Shown: positions 1-10,693 of the stretch, piece by piece
Numbering within the stretch: the stretch's first letter is position 1
Layout: every line of letters starts with the position of its first letter
Assembly (NCBI GenBank): GCA_965200315.1
Contig: OZ241362.1
Span: forward strand, 3,424,001-3,488,000
From: Candidatus Latescibacterota bacterium
Lineage (GTDB): Bacteria; Latescibacterota; UBA2968; UBA8231
DNA length: 64,000 nucleotides
Direction: 5' to 3'
Made by a program: the position numbers and the translations under genes
The notes under the pieces: generated by a model
The model's input: only the letters and a program-made list of their open reading frames with translations
Told to the model about the DNA's origin: nothing
Database searches by the model: none

Positions 1-1
1 C

Positions 2-370
2 TTGGCCCTGTTGTCGCTGTCGGGCGCACGGGGGAACCAACAGCAGTTGATCCAATACGTGGGCGGCGGTCTGCTCTATCGGGAAGATGGCAGTCTATTC
101 GCCCAGCGCGGTTGTCGGCGCGATGGCCTGTCGGTGGAAGAGATCAAAGTGCGGGCACCGGGTGCCTTATGGGGGCTAGCCGCCAATCAGCATTGGACCG
201 AGGCGCGGGAAGCGGCCCAACAGCCCGTCCGTGCCGATTATCACGTTTTGGGCCGGGCAGTGCGGGCGGCCCAGCGCGGCGTGGTCTTTGCCCGGGCGGC
301 CCAGCGCGGCGAGGTCGAGCCTTTGACCAGCCTGTTCAGCCGGCTCTTTGCAGGGCTGCCGGCGGACTAG
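2..370 (+). CDS. C-terminal part of a hypothetical protein (truncated by window edge)
   Basis: Frame is open from position 2 to TAG at 368-370 and converges on the next gene. It contains a short RAAQRG tandem duplication. No recognisable motif. Confidence 0.5.
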   Translation: MALLSLSGARGNQQQLIQYVGGGLLYREDGSLFAQRGCRRDGLSVEEIKVRAPGALWGLAANQHWTEAREAAQQPVRADYHVLGRAVRAAQRGVVFARAAQRGEVEPLTSLFSRLFAGLPAD

Positions 371-383
371 GCCTCGATCAATT

Positions 384-1232
384 TTACTGCACCACCGCTT
401 CTTCACCCAGATGCTCGCAAATCCACGCTCTCAGCGGCACGTCTTCTTCTTGCGGCGAAGTGTAGCCGTGCCCGCCGCTCGGGCCGGCACCTAATAGCTG
501 CCGCCGGATTGGGTCGCAGCGGTCCAGCAGGTGCTCCACCGTCATGTCGTCGCGTGGCCGCAACCAGCGGTAGCTATAGCCGTAAAACAGCACCCTGCGC
601 GCATCGGGCGAAAAGTTGTGGCCGGCTGCATGCCAGAGCCGCCGGTCAAAAAACACCGCGTCGCCCGCCGCCACTTGAATCGGCACTGCGCCTGCTGGGT
701 CTAAGTCCTCGTCCGCTGGCATCTCGATCTTGTTTTTCAGGTGCGAGCCGGGTACCGCATGGAAGTTGCCGCGGTGGGTCTCGGTGCAGTCCGTGAGAAA
801 ATACGCCACCTTGAGCGAGACCCTCGGCCGGGGCTCAGTCTCCATGTCGATGTTGAGTCGCCCGCTGTCTTGGTGCCAGCCCAGCCGCTTGCGTTTGGGC
901 ACGACGCCGTCTAAAGGCGGAGTAACGATCAAGTGCGAGTGGTAGAGCTGAATGTGCCAGCCCAGAATCCCGAAGACTTTGGCGAATGTCTTTGGCCAGT
1001 CGAGCAGCTCCAGAAAGAGGTCGTCTTTGCCGATGAAGTCGAAAAAGTTGTGCATCTGGTGCTTTTCCAGCCCCTTTTGCCGCCGGTGTTCGGCGTCGAG
1101 GCGATCGACGATGGGGATGAGCTGTGCTACCAAATTTTGCGGCAACACATCGCGGACGATGAGAAAGCCGTCCTCTGCAAATTGGCGGCGCTCCTCCTCG
1201 GTCAACATATATTGCAGGCAAGTTGCATCCAT
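384..1232 (-). CDS. Phytanoyl-CoA dioxygenase (PhyH) family Fe(II)/2OG dioxygenase
   Basis: LTEEERRQFAEDGFL N-terminus, WHQD (HxD), VPGSH and AGDAVFFDRRLWH motifs. Start placed at ATG 1232, preceded by a GGAGG RBS. Confidence 0.85.
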   Translation of the reverse strand: MDATCLQYMLTEEERRQFAEDGFLIVRDVLPQNLVAQLIPIVDRLDAEHRRQKGLEKHQMHNFFDFIGKDDLFLELLDWPKTFAKVFGILGWHIQLYHSHLIVTPPLDGVVPKRKRLGWHQDSGRLNIDMETEPRPRVSLKVAYFLTDCTETHRGNFHAVPGSHLKNKIEMPADEDLDPAGAVPIQVAAGDAVFFDRRLWHAAGHNFSPDARRVLFYGYSYRWLRPRDDMTVEHLLDRCDPIRRQLLGAGPSGGHGYTSPQEEDVPLRAWICEHLGEEAVVQ

Positions 1233-1308
1233 AGAAAACCTCCAAGCGGCTTGCCATCGCGCCCCCAATACTGAGGGCGGACTGCAAGTCGGCAAAGTTG
1301 TAGGCGGC

Positions 1309-2427
1309 TTAATGGCCGGGCAATCGCCGCACCGCCCCCGGCACCACCGGCTCGCCGCGGTGGGCGCTGGCTACGGCAGCAAAACACAGTGCCAAGCTCG
1401 CCAGATTGGCGCGGGCGCTGTTGCTAGGCTCGCGGTCCTCCTCGACAGCGCACAGCAACGCGGCCATGGTCCCGTGAAATCCCTGCTCAAACCACGTCCC
1501 CACAAGCAGCGGCCGGGCCACGCCCGCTGCGGTGTACAAGACGACTTCTTGCTCGGTCAGATCTACGCCACTGGCCCCTATTGCACCCTCTGTGCCGACC
1601 AGATACGTGCGGTCCTGTTGTCCTTGGCGAGTGTTGCCGTTAAAGAAAATCGTCGCTTGGGCGCCCGCACACTCAATCGCCGCTTGGGCCAAAAGCGGCG
1701 GTTTGGCGTCCTGACCGGCTGCGGGCCGGGCCGAGGCGTGGACCCGTTGCGGCGTCTCGCTGCCTAAGAGCACCACCGCCATATCAAACCAGTGCATCCC
1801 AAAGTCGTACAGCACCAGATCTTCCACCGCGTCAAAAGCAGAGCCGGCGATCCAGTTGTGGTCCCAATGCACGGCGAACTCAACGCTCTGCACTTGGCCG
1901 ACCAAGCCAGCGGCTACGGAGTGGCGCATGTAGCTAAAATGCGGTGCCCACCGGCCATTCTGATTGACGGCCAGTTGCACACCGCATCGCTCGGCCCGGG
2001 CGATGAGCGCCTCGCCCACATCCAAGTCGAGCACGAAAGGCTTCTGGCTCAGAACGTGTTTGCCGGCGTCAATGGCCGCTTTGAGGATCGGCAGCCGCTC
2101 TTTGGGGTGAGGGGTGATGTCCACCACTTCGATATCGTCGCGGGCGAGCAACTCTCGATAATCTCGGTAGGTGTCGGCCGCTGGGTAGAACGCCCGCTGC
2201 CGCTGCTCAACGCGCCCCCGATCGCGGCTGCATAGGGCCGCGACCTCATAGCCGGCCTTTTTGTAGGCCCGCAAGTGCATCTCGGAGATGCCGCCACAGC
2301 CGATTAGGCCGATCTTCGGGCGATAGGTCGCTGGATCGCGCGGCTGGTAGGGCAAATCTGGAGCTACTACTTCAGCTTCTGATCCGGTTTTGCCGCGGCC
2401 GTAGCCGCTGTCTTGGCCTTCCGCCAT
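1309..2427 (-). CDS. Gfo/Idh/MocA family oxidoreductase
   Basis: IGLIGCGGI Rossmann motif, HVLSQKP and DFGMHWFD motifs. Confidence 0.88.
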   Translation of the reverse strand: MAEGQDSGYGRGKTGSEAEVVAPDLPYQPRDPATYRPKIGLIGCGGISEMHLRAYKKAGYEVAALCSRDRGRVEQRQRAFYPAADTYRDYRELLARDDIEVVDITPHPKERLPILKAAIDAGKHVLSQKPFVLDLDVGEALIARAERCGVQLAVNQNGRWAPHFSYMRHSVAAGLVGQVQSVEFAVHWDHNWIAGSAFDAVEDLVLYDFGMHWFDMAVVLLGSETPQRVHASARPAAGQDAKPPLLAQAAIECAGAQATIFFNGNTRQGQQDRTYLVGTEGAIGASGVDLTEQEVVLYTAAGVARPLLVGTWFEQGFHGTMAALLCAVEEDREPSNSARANLASLALCFAAVASAHRGEPVVPGAVRRLPGH

Positions 2428-2430
2428 AAG

Positions 2431-3507
2431 CTATTGAATCAGCGGTAAGGTGCGCTTCTGCGCGGCACTCTGGTAGGCGGTATCGACGATCTGCTGGCCG
2501 ACGCGGCACAGCGCCGGCGAGAGCGGCCCCTCGATGGGTTGGTCCTCTTCGATGCAGTGAATCACGTACTGGACGGGATTCTGGAACGGCGGTTTGAGCA
2601 CATCTACCGGCCGTTCCTCGGCTGCTGGTTGCGCCCGCGTCTGTACGCGGATTACCTCCTCGTAGTCGTAGGAGCTAATTGTGCCCTCGCTGCCGACGAT
2701 GACGAAGCCGCACTTGGGCTGGGGTTGCAGGGTCCAAGGGTCGGTAAAGGTGCCCCAGCGCGTCTCGAATTTCGACAGGCCCCGCTCGTAGCGCGCCACT
2801 GCAATGCAGTGCTCATCTACTTCAAGCCCTTGGGGCTGATCTACGGTGGCCGTCACCTCAATTGGTGCCCGCCCGTCCATGTACCAGGTGCCCAACGTGG
2901 TGCCGTAGCCTAGGTAGTCCAGCAGGGAGCCGCCGCCCGCCGCCTTTTTGTAAAACCAACTCGTGGGCTTTTCGCGCTCGACAGCGGCGGCGGTGCGCTC
3001 CACTTTGTCGGCGAGGTGCCACAGCGGCCCTCGGTTGCCATCATAGTAGTGGACCTCGCTTACCTCGCCGATCTCGCCTTCGGCGATGAGCCGCCGCGCC
3101 GTGCGGTGCGGCGGATACCAAGCCAGCGGCCAGTTGATCGCCAACAGCTTGTCCGTCCCCGCCATGGCCCGCTGCATCCGGTCCGCTTCGGAGAGGGTGG
3201 CGGCAAAGGGTTTTTCCATGATGATATGTACGCCAAAAGGCGCGACCTTTTCGGTCCACGCGCCATGTTCAGCGGTGGCCGGGCACAAAAGGACGATGTC
3301 CGGCTGGGTCTTTTCCAGACACTCCCGATAGTCGCTGAAAACCCGCTCGGCTGAAATGGCGAAATCCGCGCACACCTGCCTCATGCGCTCGGGCTGCTCG
3401 TCGCAGATGCCGACGATCTCGACGCTTGCGTGCTCAAAGGCCATGCGCAGATTGTCGCCCATGTGCAGATGGTCGAAGTTGATCCCGGCGATTTTCCACT
3501 TGCCCAT
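2431..3507 (-). CDS. Gfo/Idh/MocA family oxidoreductase
   Basis: HIIMEKPFA and GGGSLLDYLGY motifs; 3 bp from the downstream paralogue. Confidence 0.88.
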   Translation of the reverse strand: MGKWKIAGINFDHLHMGDNLRMAFEHASVEIVGICDEQPERMRQVCADFAISAERVFSDYRECLEKTQPDIVLLCPATAEHGAWTEKVAPFGVHIIMEKPFAATLSEADRMQRAMAGTDKLLAINWPLAWYPPHRTARRLIAEGEIGEVSEVHYYDGNRGPLWHLADKVERTAAAVEREKPTSWFYKKAAGGGSLLDYLGYGTTLGTWYMDGRAPIEVTATVDQPQGLEVDEHCIAVARYERGLSKFETRWGTFTDPWTLQPQPKCGFVIVGSEGTISSYDYEEVIRVQTRAQPAAEERPVDVLKPPFQNPVQYVIHCIEEDQPIEGPLSPALCRVGQQIVDTAYQSAAQKRTLPLIQ

Positions 3508-3510
3508 TGT

Positions 3511-4359
3511 TTAGCTCGCAAGCTGTGCCCAAGCGGTTACATGGGGCACTAAGCGAATCGGGCGTTTCGCCGTCACCACTTCTTGCCGAACCCGCTCGGC
3601 TAGGGTATCCACGTCAAGCTCTTCCTCTGTAGTGATTCCGTACTGTTCGAGGAGCGGGAGTACGCTGCGCAAGCTGTTGGCCGCGTATTGGTATCCAGCC
3701 CAGCCGTCCGGCCCGCCGACCGGATACTCGCAGTGCATGTATGGCTCGGGCAGGCCCGCCTCGACGAAAGCGCGATACAGGCCAAAGCCCATGTCGATAT
3801 GCGCCCCAGAACGCTCGAACACTTTGAGGACCCAACCGATCATTTCGTTTGCCAAGGGCGTATCTGGAGAATGAGGCATCTGCTGATAGGGGGTGAAATC
3901 AGCCTCCTGAAAAGCCACGATCCCCCCGCGGCGCAAGCGGGTTGCGAGCTGTTTCAGAGCGTCGGCGGGATCGGCCATGTACATGAGCACAAGCCGGCCG
4001 GTCACGACGTCGAAGTCGTTTCCCAAGTCCAGCGTGCGAGCGTCCCCCGCGGCGAATTCGACGTTGGTAAATCCGGCGGCCTGTGCCCGTGCCTGTGCCG
4101 TTTCGAGAATCGTCGGATTTACATCCACCCCCACGACAGCCCCTTCTGGACCGACCAACTCGGCGGCTGTCATGGCCACATCCCCGGCGCCGCTGCCAAT
4201 GTCGAGCACCTTCATTCCGCTGCTGATACCCGCCTCTCTAAAAAAGCGCCGCGTCACGGCGTCGTACAGTTGCGACTGCTGAATCAGACGCTCCTCTTCC
4301 TCCGCGGTGCGTCCCATCGTATATGTTGCATCGCTCTTCGATTCGCTCATGGGATTCAA
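3511..4359 (-). CDS. Class I SAM-dependent methyltransferase
   Basis: VLDIGSGAGD motif I, VVGVD and FDVV; AAGGAGG RBS upstream. Confidence 0.88.
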   Translation of the reverse strand: MNPMSESKSDATYTMGRTAEEEERLIQQSQLYDAVTRRFFREAGISSGMKVLDIGSGAGDVAMTAAELVGPEGAVVGVDVNPTILETAQARAQAAGFTNVEFAAGDARTLDLGNDFDVVTGRLVLMYMADPADALKQLATRLRRGGIVAFQEADFTPYQQMPHSPDTPLANEMIGWVLKVFERSGAHIDMGFGLYRAFVEAGLPEPYMHCEYPVGGPDGWAGYQYAANSLRSVLPLLEQYGITTEEELDVDTLAERVRQEVVTAKRPIRLVPHVTAWAQLAS

Positions 4360-4520
4360 TCCTCCTTTTAGTTGTCTTTGGGGCTCGATAGCCCCTGGAT
4401 GAGGCTACCCAGCGCAAGGGCAGTTTGTCCGCAGAGGACATCAGTGCGCTGAGAGCAATGCGGTATTCAAGATATTTTCGCGCAGAAAGTCAAACGCCGC
4501 GCCGCGCTAAGCTGCCCACT

Positions 4521-4542
4521 CCACCCGGCTTGTCCCCGGCGG
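4521..4542. repeat. REP-like hairpin
   Basis: CCACCCGGCTTGTCCCCGGCGG imperfect palindrome in an intergenic region. Confidence 0.35.
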
Positions 4543-4652
4543 CCAACCGCCCAATATTAGGCCCAATTCCAACAGAGGGTACAACTAGGCCCTTGGGCGT
4601 GGATGTCTATTGAGGGGTCGGCCCACTTTTTTGCAACAAAAAGGATCGCGCC

Positions 4653-6224
4653 ATGAACCAACCCAAGATCGTGTACTACCACGACGGCCGGCATCCCCAC
4701 ATCTACCGCTACGAGCCGCCCATGGCCCCCGAGGAATACATCGCCTTGGTCGATGAATTGGCCGGCACCACGGTCGAAGCCATCGCCTTCTGCCTCGGCG
4801 AGGGCCGCACCATGCTGCACAACACCCGGGCCAGCGAGTTGATGGGGCACAACGTCGAGGTTTGGGATCACTACGTCTTTCGCCGCGCTTGGCAAAACGC
4901 TCAGTCCCTCATTGACGCCGGCCACGACCCCTTGCGCTTGGTTTGCGACCGGGCCCACGAGCTGGGCATCCAAGTCTATCCCACCTTAATCGTGCAGCGC
5001 GGCGGCGTTGACCACGCCTCGACGCGCTGCTCCAATTTCCGCATTGAGAACCAGCACCTCGAAATTGGCGCGGCCGGCGATCTCGACCCGGACTACCCCG
5101 GCTTTGACGGCCTCGACTTCAAGCACCCGGAGGTGCGCGACGAACGCTTTGCCCTTGTCGAAGAAGTGATGGGCGAGTATCCGGCCGACGGCTTTGAACT
5201 ACAACTCAACCAAATGCCCTATTTCTTCCACCCCGACGAAATCGACGCTGGGCGCGTCCTGATGACCGACTGGATCGGCCGGATCCACGAAGCGGTCAAA
5301 CACAGCGGCCCCGACAAAGAGCTGGTGGTACACATTCCCGACCGCCTAGACGATTGCGCCCGCGCCGGGCTTGACTTAGAGGAATGGGTCAAACGGGGCT
5401 TGGTCGATGTTATCGTCGCGGAAAACTTAGGCGAGAATTACCGCCTGAAAATGCAGGCCGACTACGCCGAATTTGTCGGCCTCACCCGAGGAACGCCCTG
5501 CCGCCTATTGGCCCCCCTGAACAGCATGGTCTTTTCCGACCGCCTGCTCGACGCGCCCCTATCCATGCTGCGGGCTGCGGCCTGCAACTTTTGGGCTCAA
5601 GGCGTTGACGGCCTCTATGTCTCCGAGTGGTTCCACTTGTGGCCGTATGAGGCGTCCTTTTACGAAAAGCTCAGGGAACTCCCCTACCCCAGCATTATGG
5701 CGGCCAAGGACAAATACTACTTCCTGCTCACCGACACCGCAGACGGCCCCGCGGTCAGCCGACCCAACCCGCTACCCAGCCGATTGAATCTGGCCCAGCC
5801 CGTCGAGCTGGCATTGACTATTGCCGACGACCTACAAAAGTGGGGGGAAGTTGGCCGCGTCCACGAAGTGTTGTTGCGCTTCCGCATCCACGGCAATGTC
5901 GAGACCGATCGCATCCAATTTGCGCTCAACGGCCAAGTTCTGCCCGACGCTCTGCGGCGCAAGATCAATTCGCTCTACACCATGGACGGTCCGCGCTACC
6001 GGGTGATGGGCGGGTACTGGCACATTTTCAAATTGGACGCGGCGCACTGGCCCGTGCGGGGGAAAAACCGCCTTGAAGTGACACTGCTGGAACGCGACGC
6101 GGATTTGGCCGATCCCTTCTGCACCCTGACCGACGTCGAACTGGAAACCAAGTACCTCAAGGGCCGGAGCTTCCACCGCGCCTATGTCGACCCCGACCTA
6201 GGGCCCTACCAACACCGGTCCTGA
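4653..6224 (+). CDS. Glycoside hydrolase-like (GHL10/DUF187-type TIM barrel) protein with C-terminal beta domain
   Basis: RAHELGIQVY, LDFKHPEVR and YPADGFEL motifs, plus GVDGLY typical of GHL10-like proteins. Confidence 0.65.
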   Translation: MNQPKIVYYHDGRHPHIYRYEPPMAPEEYIALVDELAGTTVEAIAFCLGEGRTMLHNTRASELMGHNVEVWDHYVFRRAWQNAQSLIDAGHDPLRLVCDRAHELGIQVYPTLIVQRGGVDHASTRCSNFRIENQHLEIGAAGDLDPDYPGFDGLDFKHPEVRDERFALVEEVMGEYPADGFELQLNQMPYFFHPDEIDAGRVLMTDWIGRIHEAVKHSGPDKELVVHIPDRLDDCARAGLDLEEWVKRGLVDVIVAENLGENYRLKMQADYAEFVGLTRGTPCRLLAPLNSMVFSDRLLDAPLSMLRAAACNFWAQGVDGLYVSEWFHLWPYEASFYEKLRELPYPSIMAAKDKYYFLLTDTADGPAVSRPNPLPSRLNLAQPVELALTIADDLQKWGEVGRVHEVLLRFRIHGNVETDRIQFALNGQVLPDALRRKINSLYTMDGPRYRVMGGYWHIFKLDAAHWPVRGKNRLEVTLLERDADLADPFCTLTDVELETKYLKGRSFHRAYVDPDLGPYQHRS

Positions 6225-6231
6225 CAACCGC

Positions 6232-7473
6232 TCATCTCTCCAGTACCGTCCCCTCGTCTAGCAGCCGCGCCATCATCTGGGCAAATTCGGGCGTACCGTC
6301 GTCGTCCCAGTACTCGGTCTCAATAGGCGCGGCGTAGCTGTGAGGCATCCCGCCCCGGGTCCAGTCGGGCCGGATCAGAAAATGGCGCGTCGTCAGGGGG
6401 TCGTATCTATGGTACATCCGCGTCCCATTGGCGAATTGCGATTTGACGATCCACGGCTTGATCGGCGGCAATTCCCGGTTCGCTAGCCGTTCCAACTCGT
6501 CGCGGTTCAAGGTCAAACCTAGGCCCGGCTTTTCCGGCACTCGAATAAGTCCGTTGACAGGCTCTAGGCGCTCGCTCACTACCTCGTCCTTGAGGATTTC
6601 GCTGCTGTCGATAAAGTGAAAGGTGGCGGAGGGAAAGGTCGCCATCATGTGGCAAACCATCGCCCGAGTGATCGTGCCGCCCACATTTTGCAACATGAAC
6701 GGTATATTGCCAGCGGCGAACAGCCCGGCGGTGCGAATCGCAGCACCAATTTTCTGGTGGCCGCGCATGTACACGTCTCCCGCCCCCATCAGCACCTCGT
6801 ACGTGGCGTCCAGCGGTGCTTGATGGCGCACGATGGGCAGGGAAATGCGCCGGCGCAAGTCAATTGACGCCAAGGTGTCGCCGGCGTTGAGCGAGTCTTC
6901 AAAGCAGCCGGCAATGGGATATTGGGCCAACCTAGCCAGCAGATCCGGCATGTAGTCATCGGTGCCGCCGCCGGTGAAATCGTAGTGGATCTTGAACCCG
7001 GGCGGGGCCACGGCCTGCATGGCCTCGGTCTGGTCGAAGACGTTCTCAAAGGGCGACAGGTGGAACTTGAGCCAAGTGTATCCCTCGGCGGCGTAGCACT
7101 CCACGGCCTCGGCCATATGGCTGGGGGCACTCGACACGGTCCAACTGCCTACCGGCACCCACGAGCGGTACTTCTGCCCGAAGAGCTTGTACACCGGTAC
7201 GCCCGCGGCTTGGCCCATCAAATCGTACATGGCCGTGCCCAGCCCGAGGGAAACTTCGTCGCCCATCCACTCAAAGGGATTGCTGCCCAAGTACTGGTCG
7301 ATCACTTCCTGCGGCTCGGGGCGGCCGCTCTCGCCTAGGCCGATCAGACCGGTATCGGTGTGGGCCACGTACACCGTGCGCCGGGTCACTCCTTGGTAGT
7401 GGCTGACCGGATAGGCGATCCAGTCTTGGTACTCTAGGCTGATTTCGCGTACCTCTATATCTGTGACTTTCAC
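6232..7473 (-). CDS. Mandelate racemase/muconate lactonizing enzyme (enolase superfamily)
   Basis: MKVTDIE..TDTGLIGLGE, YDLMGQAAGVPVYKLFG and VPEKPGLG motifs. Confidence 0.85.
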   Translation of the reverse strand: MKVTDIEVREISLEYQDWIAYPVSHYQGVTRRTVYVAHTDTGLIGLGESGRPEPQEVIDQYLGSNPFEWMGDEVSLGLGTAMYDLMGQAAGVPVYKLFGQKYRSWVPVGSWTVSSAPSHMAEAVECYAAEGYTWLKFHLSPFENVFDQTEAMQAVAPPGFKIHYDFTGGGTDDYMPDLLARLAQYPIAGCFEDSLNAGDTLASIDLRRRISLPIVRHQAPLDATYEVLMGAGDVYMRGHQKIGAAIRTAGLFAAGNIPFMLQNVGGTITRAMVCHMMATFPSATFHFIDSSEILKDEVVSERLEPVNGLIRVPEKPGLGLTLNRDELERLANRELPPIKPWIVKSQFANGTRMYHRYDPLTTRHFLIRPDWTRGGMPHSYAAPIETEYWDDDGTPEFAQMMARLLDEGTVLER

Positions 7474-7591
7474 GACGCCTCCTAATTTGTCTGGTCGCCT
7501 GCGGCCCGTCAGATTGTCTGCAAGGCCCGCTAGCGATGGTGGTAGGGCAGGACAACGCGCACCTCAGCGAAGGCGCGTTAAAATCCCTAGG

Positions 7592-10500
7592 TCAATTTTT
7601 GACCGCAAAGAGAATTTTGTAGAGCACCGGCACGAACAGCAAGGTGATCACGGTGGCGAAAAGCAAGCCCACCATGATGGCCACCGCCATCGGCTCCCAC
7701 ATCAGCCCGCCGCCAAAGTAGAGAGGAATAAGCCCCAGCGTCGTCGTGCAGGTGGTCAGTAAGATAGGGCGAAAACGCTGCTGAGCCGCGGCGACGATCG
7801 CCTCAATAGGTGTCCGCCCGGGCCGGTCCAGTTCGATTTGTATGCGGTCTAGGAGCACGATAGCGTTGTTGATGACGATACCGGCCAGCGAGATCAATCC
7901 GAGAAAGGCGAAGAAACCAAAGAACGAGCGGAAGACAAGTAATCCGGCGATGACCCCAATCAGGCCGAGCGGAATGGTGCTCAGCACGATAAAGGTCTTG
8001 CGGAAGGAGTTGAACTGGACAATCAACAGTGCCAGAATGACAAAGCCGGACAGAGGCAGCTTGGCGACAACTGCGCTCATGGCCTCGCTGCTCTGCTCCG
8101 ACTCGCCGCCCAATTCGTAGCGGTAGCCCGGTTGCCAAAATTTGCTGTCTTCTTCGAGCCAAGGGATGAGCGCGTCGGTAATATGCTGCGCCGTAAAGCC
8201 GCTTTTGGCGTCGCAGGTCACAGTCAAGGTGCGGTACAGGTCGCGCCGTTTGATCTTGGCAAATTGCCACTGGGGCACAATCTGCGCCACTTGTCCCAGC
8301 GGCACGTTTTTGCCCGAACCTTGGGCGTAGATGTTGATGCTCTCTAGCTGTCGCACATCCACGTCCTGACTGCTTTCGTTGCGCAGGACAATGGGAATAC
8401 TTTGGTCGCCCTCGCGGAAATCACCCGTGTTAAACCCCGTGAGCGCGGTCTGCAACGAAAGGGCGATATCTTGGTTGGTCAGGTCGGCGTTCCGGGTCTT
8501 GGACTGGTCGATGTCAACGACGACCTTTTTGATCTTGGGGCCCCAATCGTCGCCGATGTTCTGAGCACTGGACATTTCGTTGAGTTTTTGCTTGATGCGC
8601 TCGGCGAGGCCGAACAGCTCGTTGGGCTCCGGCCCTGTTATCCGCACGGCCACGTCTCTACCGCCGCCGCCGCCCGCCAACCTCGAAACCTGCACCTCGG
8701 CATCGGGAAAGGAGCGGAAACAAAAGTCGTTTAGGCGATCAATTACCCACTGGTTATCGTCGCCTGAACTGGTATTGAGCAACATATGGGCGTATCCCGA
8801 GTTGGCTTCGCCCGCCTGATAACCTAGGTCGTAGGAGGGCGGCCCCTCGCCGACAAAGGTCGCCCAATCCGCTACCCCGCGCTGTCGGTTTTTGCTCACC
8901 AAAAGGCTATCCGCGATATACGACTCGAGCCGTTCCACCCGGGTGGTCGTCGTCTCGATCTTGGTGCCCAAGGGCAAATTCAGATTTACCGTCAACAGGT
9001 TGCGCTCGCTGTCAGGGAAGAAGACGAATGGCAAAAAACCAAAGCCGAAAAGCGACAACACAAACAAACCGGCGATGATCCCCATAAATGAATAGGGGCG
9101 CGCAAGGGCCTTGAGGAGCAACCCTTTGTAATGGCCGTTGATGCGCTCGATACCGGTGATTTTCCCGGACTGAGATGCTTGCCGTTTCACCCGGATGAAA
9201 AACACCGCCAACAAACTGACCATGGTCAGCGAGAGCAACCATGAAGAGAGCAAGGCTATGGAAATCACACTGAAAAGCGGCCCCATCATCTCACCCATGA
9301 TGGACGCAGCTAGAAAAAAGGACAAGAACGCGGCTGAAGTGGTCAGCGAAGAGACGAGGAGCGGTACGGCTAGATCCCGAGCGGATTCAATGGCCGCCTC
9401 TTGGGCGTCGGTGCCTCTTTCCATCTTGACCACAATCGCTTCGGACACCACGATGGCATTGTCCACCAACATGCCCAGTGCCATGATCAACGCCGCCAGC
9501 GACACCTGATTGAGACCGATATCGAGCACCCCCATGACAAAAAGGGTCGCGATAATGGTCATGGGAATGAGGCTGGCCACCACCAGACCGGTGCGCAGAC
9601 CCAAAAAGATCAGCATGGACAACAGCACGATAACGACGCTTTGCAAGAGATTGTCGGTAAAGTTGGCGACCGAATTCTCTACCTCAAAATCTTGGGAAGC
9701 CACTCTGTTGAAGGTTATCCCCAGCGGTAGCCGCGCTTGGTGGAGGGCGACTAATTGGTCGATTTCCTTACCCAACTTGATGATATTGGCCCCTTCGCTG
9801 AGGGCCACCGAGAGCGACAGACCCGGCTGACCGTTGATTTTGACTAGACGCTGCCGGGGCGTTTCATAGGCCCGCACGATGCGGGTTATATCGCCGAGGT
9901 ACACGCTCCCGCCCTTGCCCACCGCTATCAACGTCCTCCCCAGAGCTTCCAGATCGGCGTAATTGCCGGTCGGTTCGAGCACCAAGCGTTCATCCTCTAG
10001 GCTGACCTCGCCGCCGGAAAAAACGATGTTGGTACTGGCGATGCTGTTCTTGATCTTTTGGGCCGAAAGGCCCAATTCGGCCAGCCGGGCGTCGTTGAAT
10101 TGTAGGTATATCCGCTCCTCTTGGATGCCACTTATTTTTACTTCGGCGGCGTCGGGTAGCTTGATCAGGTCGTCTCGCAAGTTTTGGGCGTAGGTCTCAA
10201 GTTCGGCAAAGGTGAAACCCTCCCCTATCAGGCCGATCACAATGCCGTACACCACCCCGATCCCATCGTCCTTGACCTCCGGGCCATGGATGTCCGCGGG
10301 CAAATCCGAGCGGATGGTCTCGACCTTACGGCGCAATCGGTCCCATACGGCCTGGAGTTTGTCCGCGGGCACTTCCTGTTTGAGCTCTACCGAAACCATC
10401 GACAGGCCGGTCCGCGACTCACTCGTAACGGTTTTCAGTTCGGGCAACTCTTGCGCGACTTCTTCGAGCTTGCTGGTGATCAGGGCTTCGATCCGCTCGG

Positions 10501-10666
10501 GACCAGCACCGGGAAAGCGGGTCACCACCGAGGCGACGCGAACCGTGTAGGGGGGCATACTGTCGCGTGGCATCGTCTGATAGCCGGCCAAGCCCAGCAG
10601 CACAACGACGAGCAGGACCACGATGGTGACGCGGTTGTTTTTGAGGGCGATTTGGGTGAGGCTCAT
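7592..10666 (-). CDS. RND efflux transporter permease (AcrB/CusA family)
   Basis: 1024 aa; GMLVDNAIV, GIVINNAI and RFRPILLT motifs; multi-TM pattern. Confidence 0.95.
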   Translation of the reverse strand: MSLTQIALKNNRVTIVVLLVVVLLGLAGYQTMPRDSMPPYTVRVASVVTRFPGAGPERIEALITSKLEEVAQELPELKTVTSESRTGLSMVSVELKQEVPADKLQAVWDRLRRKVETIRSDLPADIHGPEVKDDGIGVVYGIVIGLIGEGFTFAELETYAQNLRDDLIKLPDAAEVKISGIQEERIYLQFNDARLAELGLSAQKIKNSIASTNIVFSGGEVSLEDERLVLEPTGNYADLEALGRTLIAVGKGGSVYLGDITRIVRAYETPRQRLVKINGQPGLSLSVALSEGANIIKLGKEIDQLVALHQARLPLGITFNRVASQDFEVENSVANFTDNLLQSVVIVLLSMLIFLGLRTGLVVASLIPMTIIATLFVMGVLDIGLNQVSLAALIMALGMLVDNAIVVSEAIVVKMERGTDAQEAAIESARDLAVPLLVSSLTTSAAFLSFFLAASIMGEMMGPLFSVISIALLSSWLLSLTMVSLLAVFFIRVKRQASQSGKITGIERINGHYKGLLLKALARPYSFMGIIAGLFVLSLFGFGFLPFVFFPDSERNLLTVNLNLPLGTKIETTTTRVERLESYIADSLLVSKNRQRGVADWATFVGEGPPSYDLGYQAGEANSGYAHMLLNTSSGDDNQWVIDRLNDFCFRSFPDAEVQVSRLAGGGGGRDVAVRITGPEPNELFGLAERIKQKLNEMSSAQNIGDDWGPKIKKVVVDIDQSKTRNADLTNQDIALSLQTALTGFNTGDFREGDQSIPIVLRNESSQDVDVRQLESINIYAQGSGKNVPLGQVAQIVPQWQFAKIKRRDLYRTLTVTCDAKSGFTAQHITDALIPWLEEDSKFWQPGYRYELGGESEQSSEAMSAVVAKLPLSGFVILALLIVQFNSFRKTFIVLSTIPLGLIGVIAGLLVFRSFFGFFAFLGLISLAGIVINNAIVLLDRIQIELDRPGRTPIEAIVAAAQQRFRPILLTTCTTTLGLIPLYFGGGLMWEPMAVAIMVGLLFATVITLLFVPVLYKILFAVKN

Positions 10667-10693
10667 AGTATAATTCTGTTTAGGCCGGGTGCC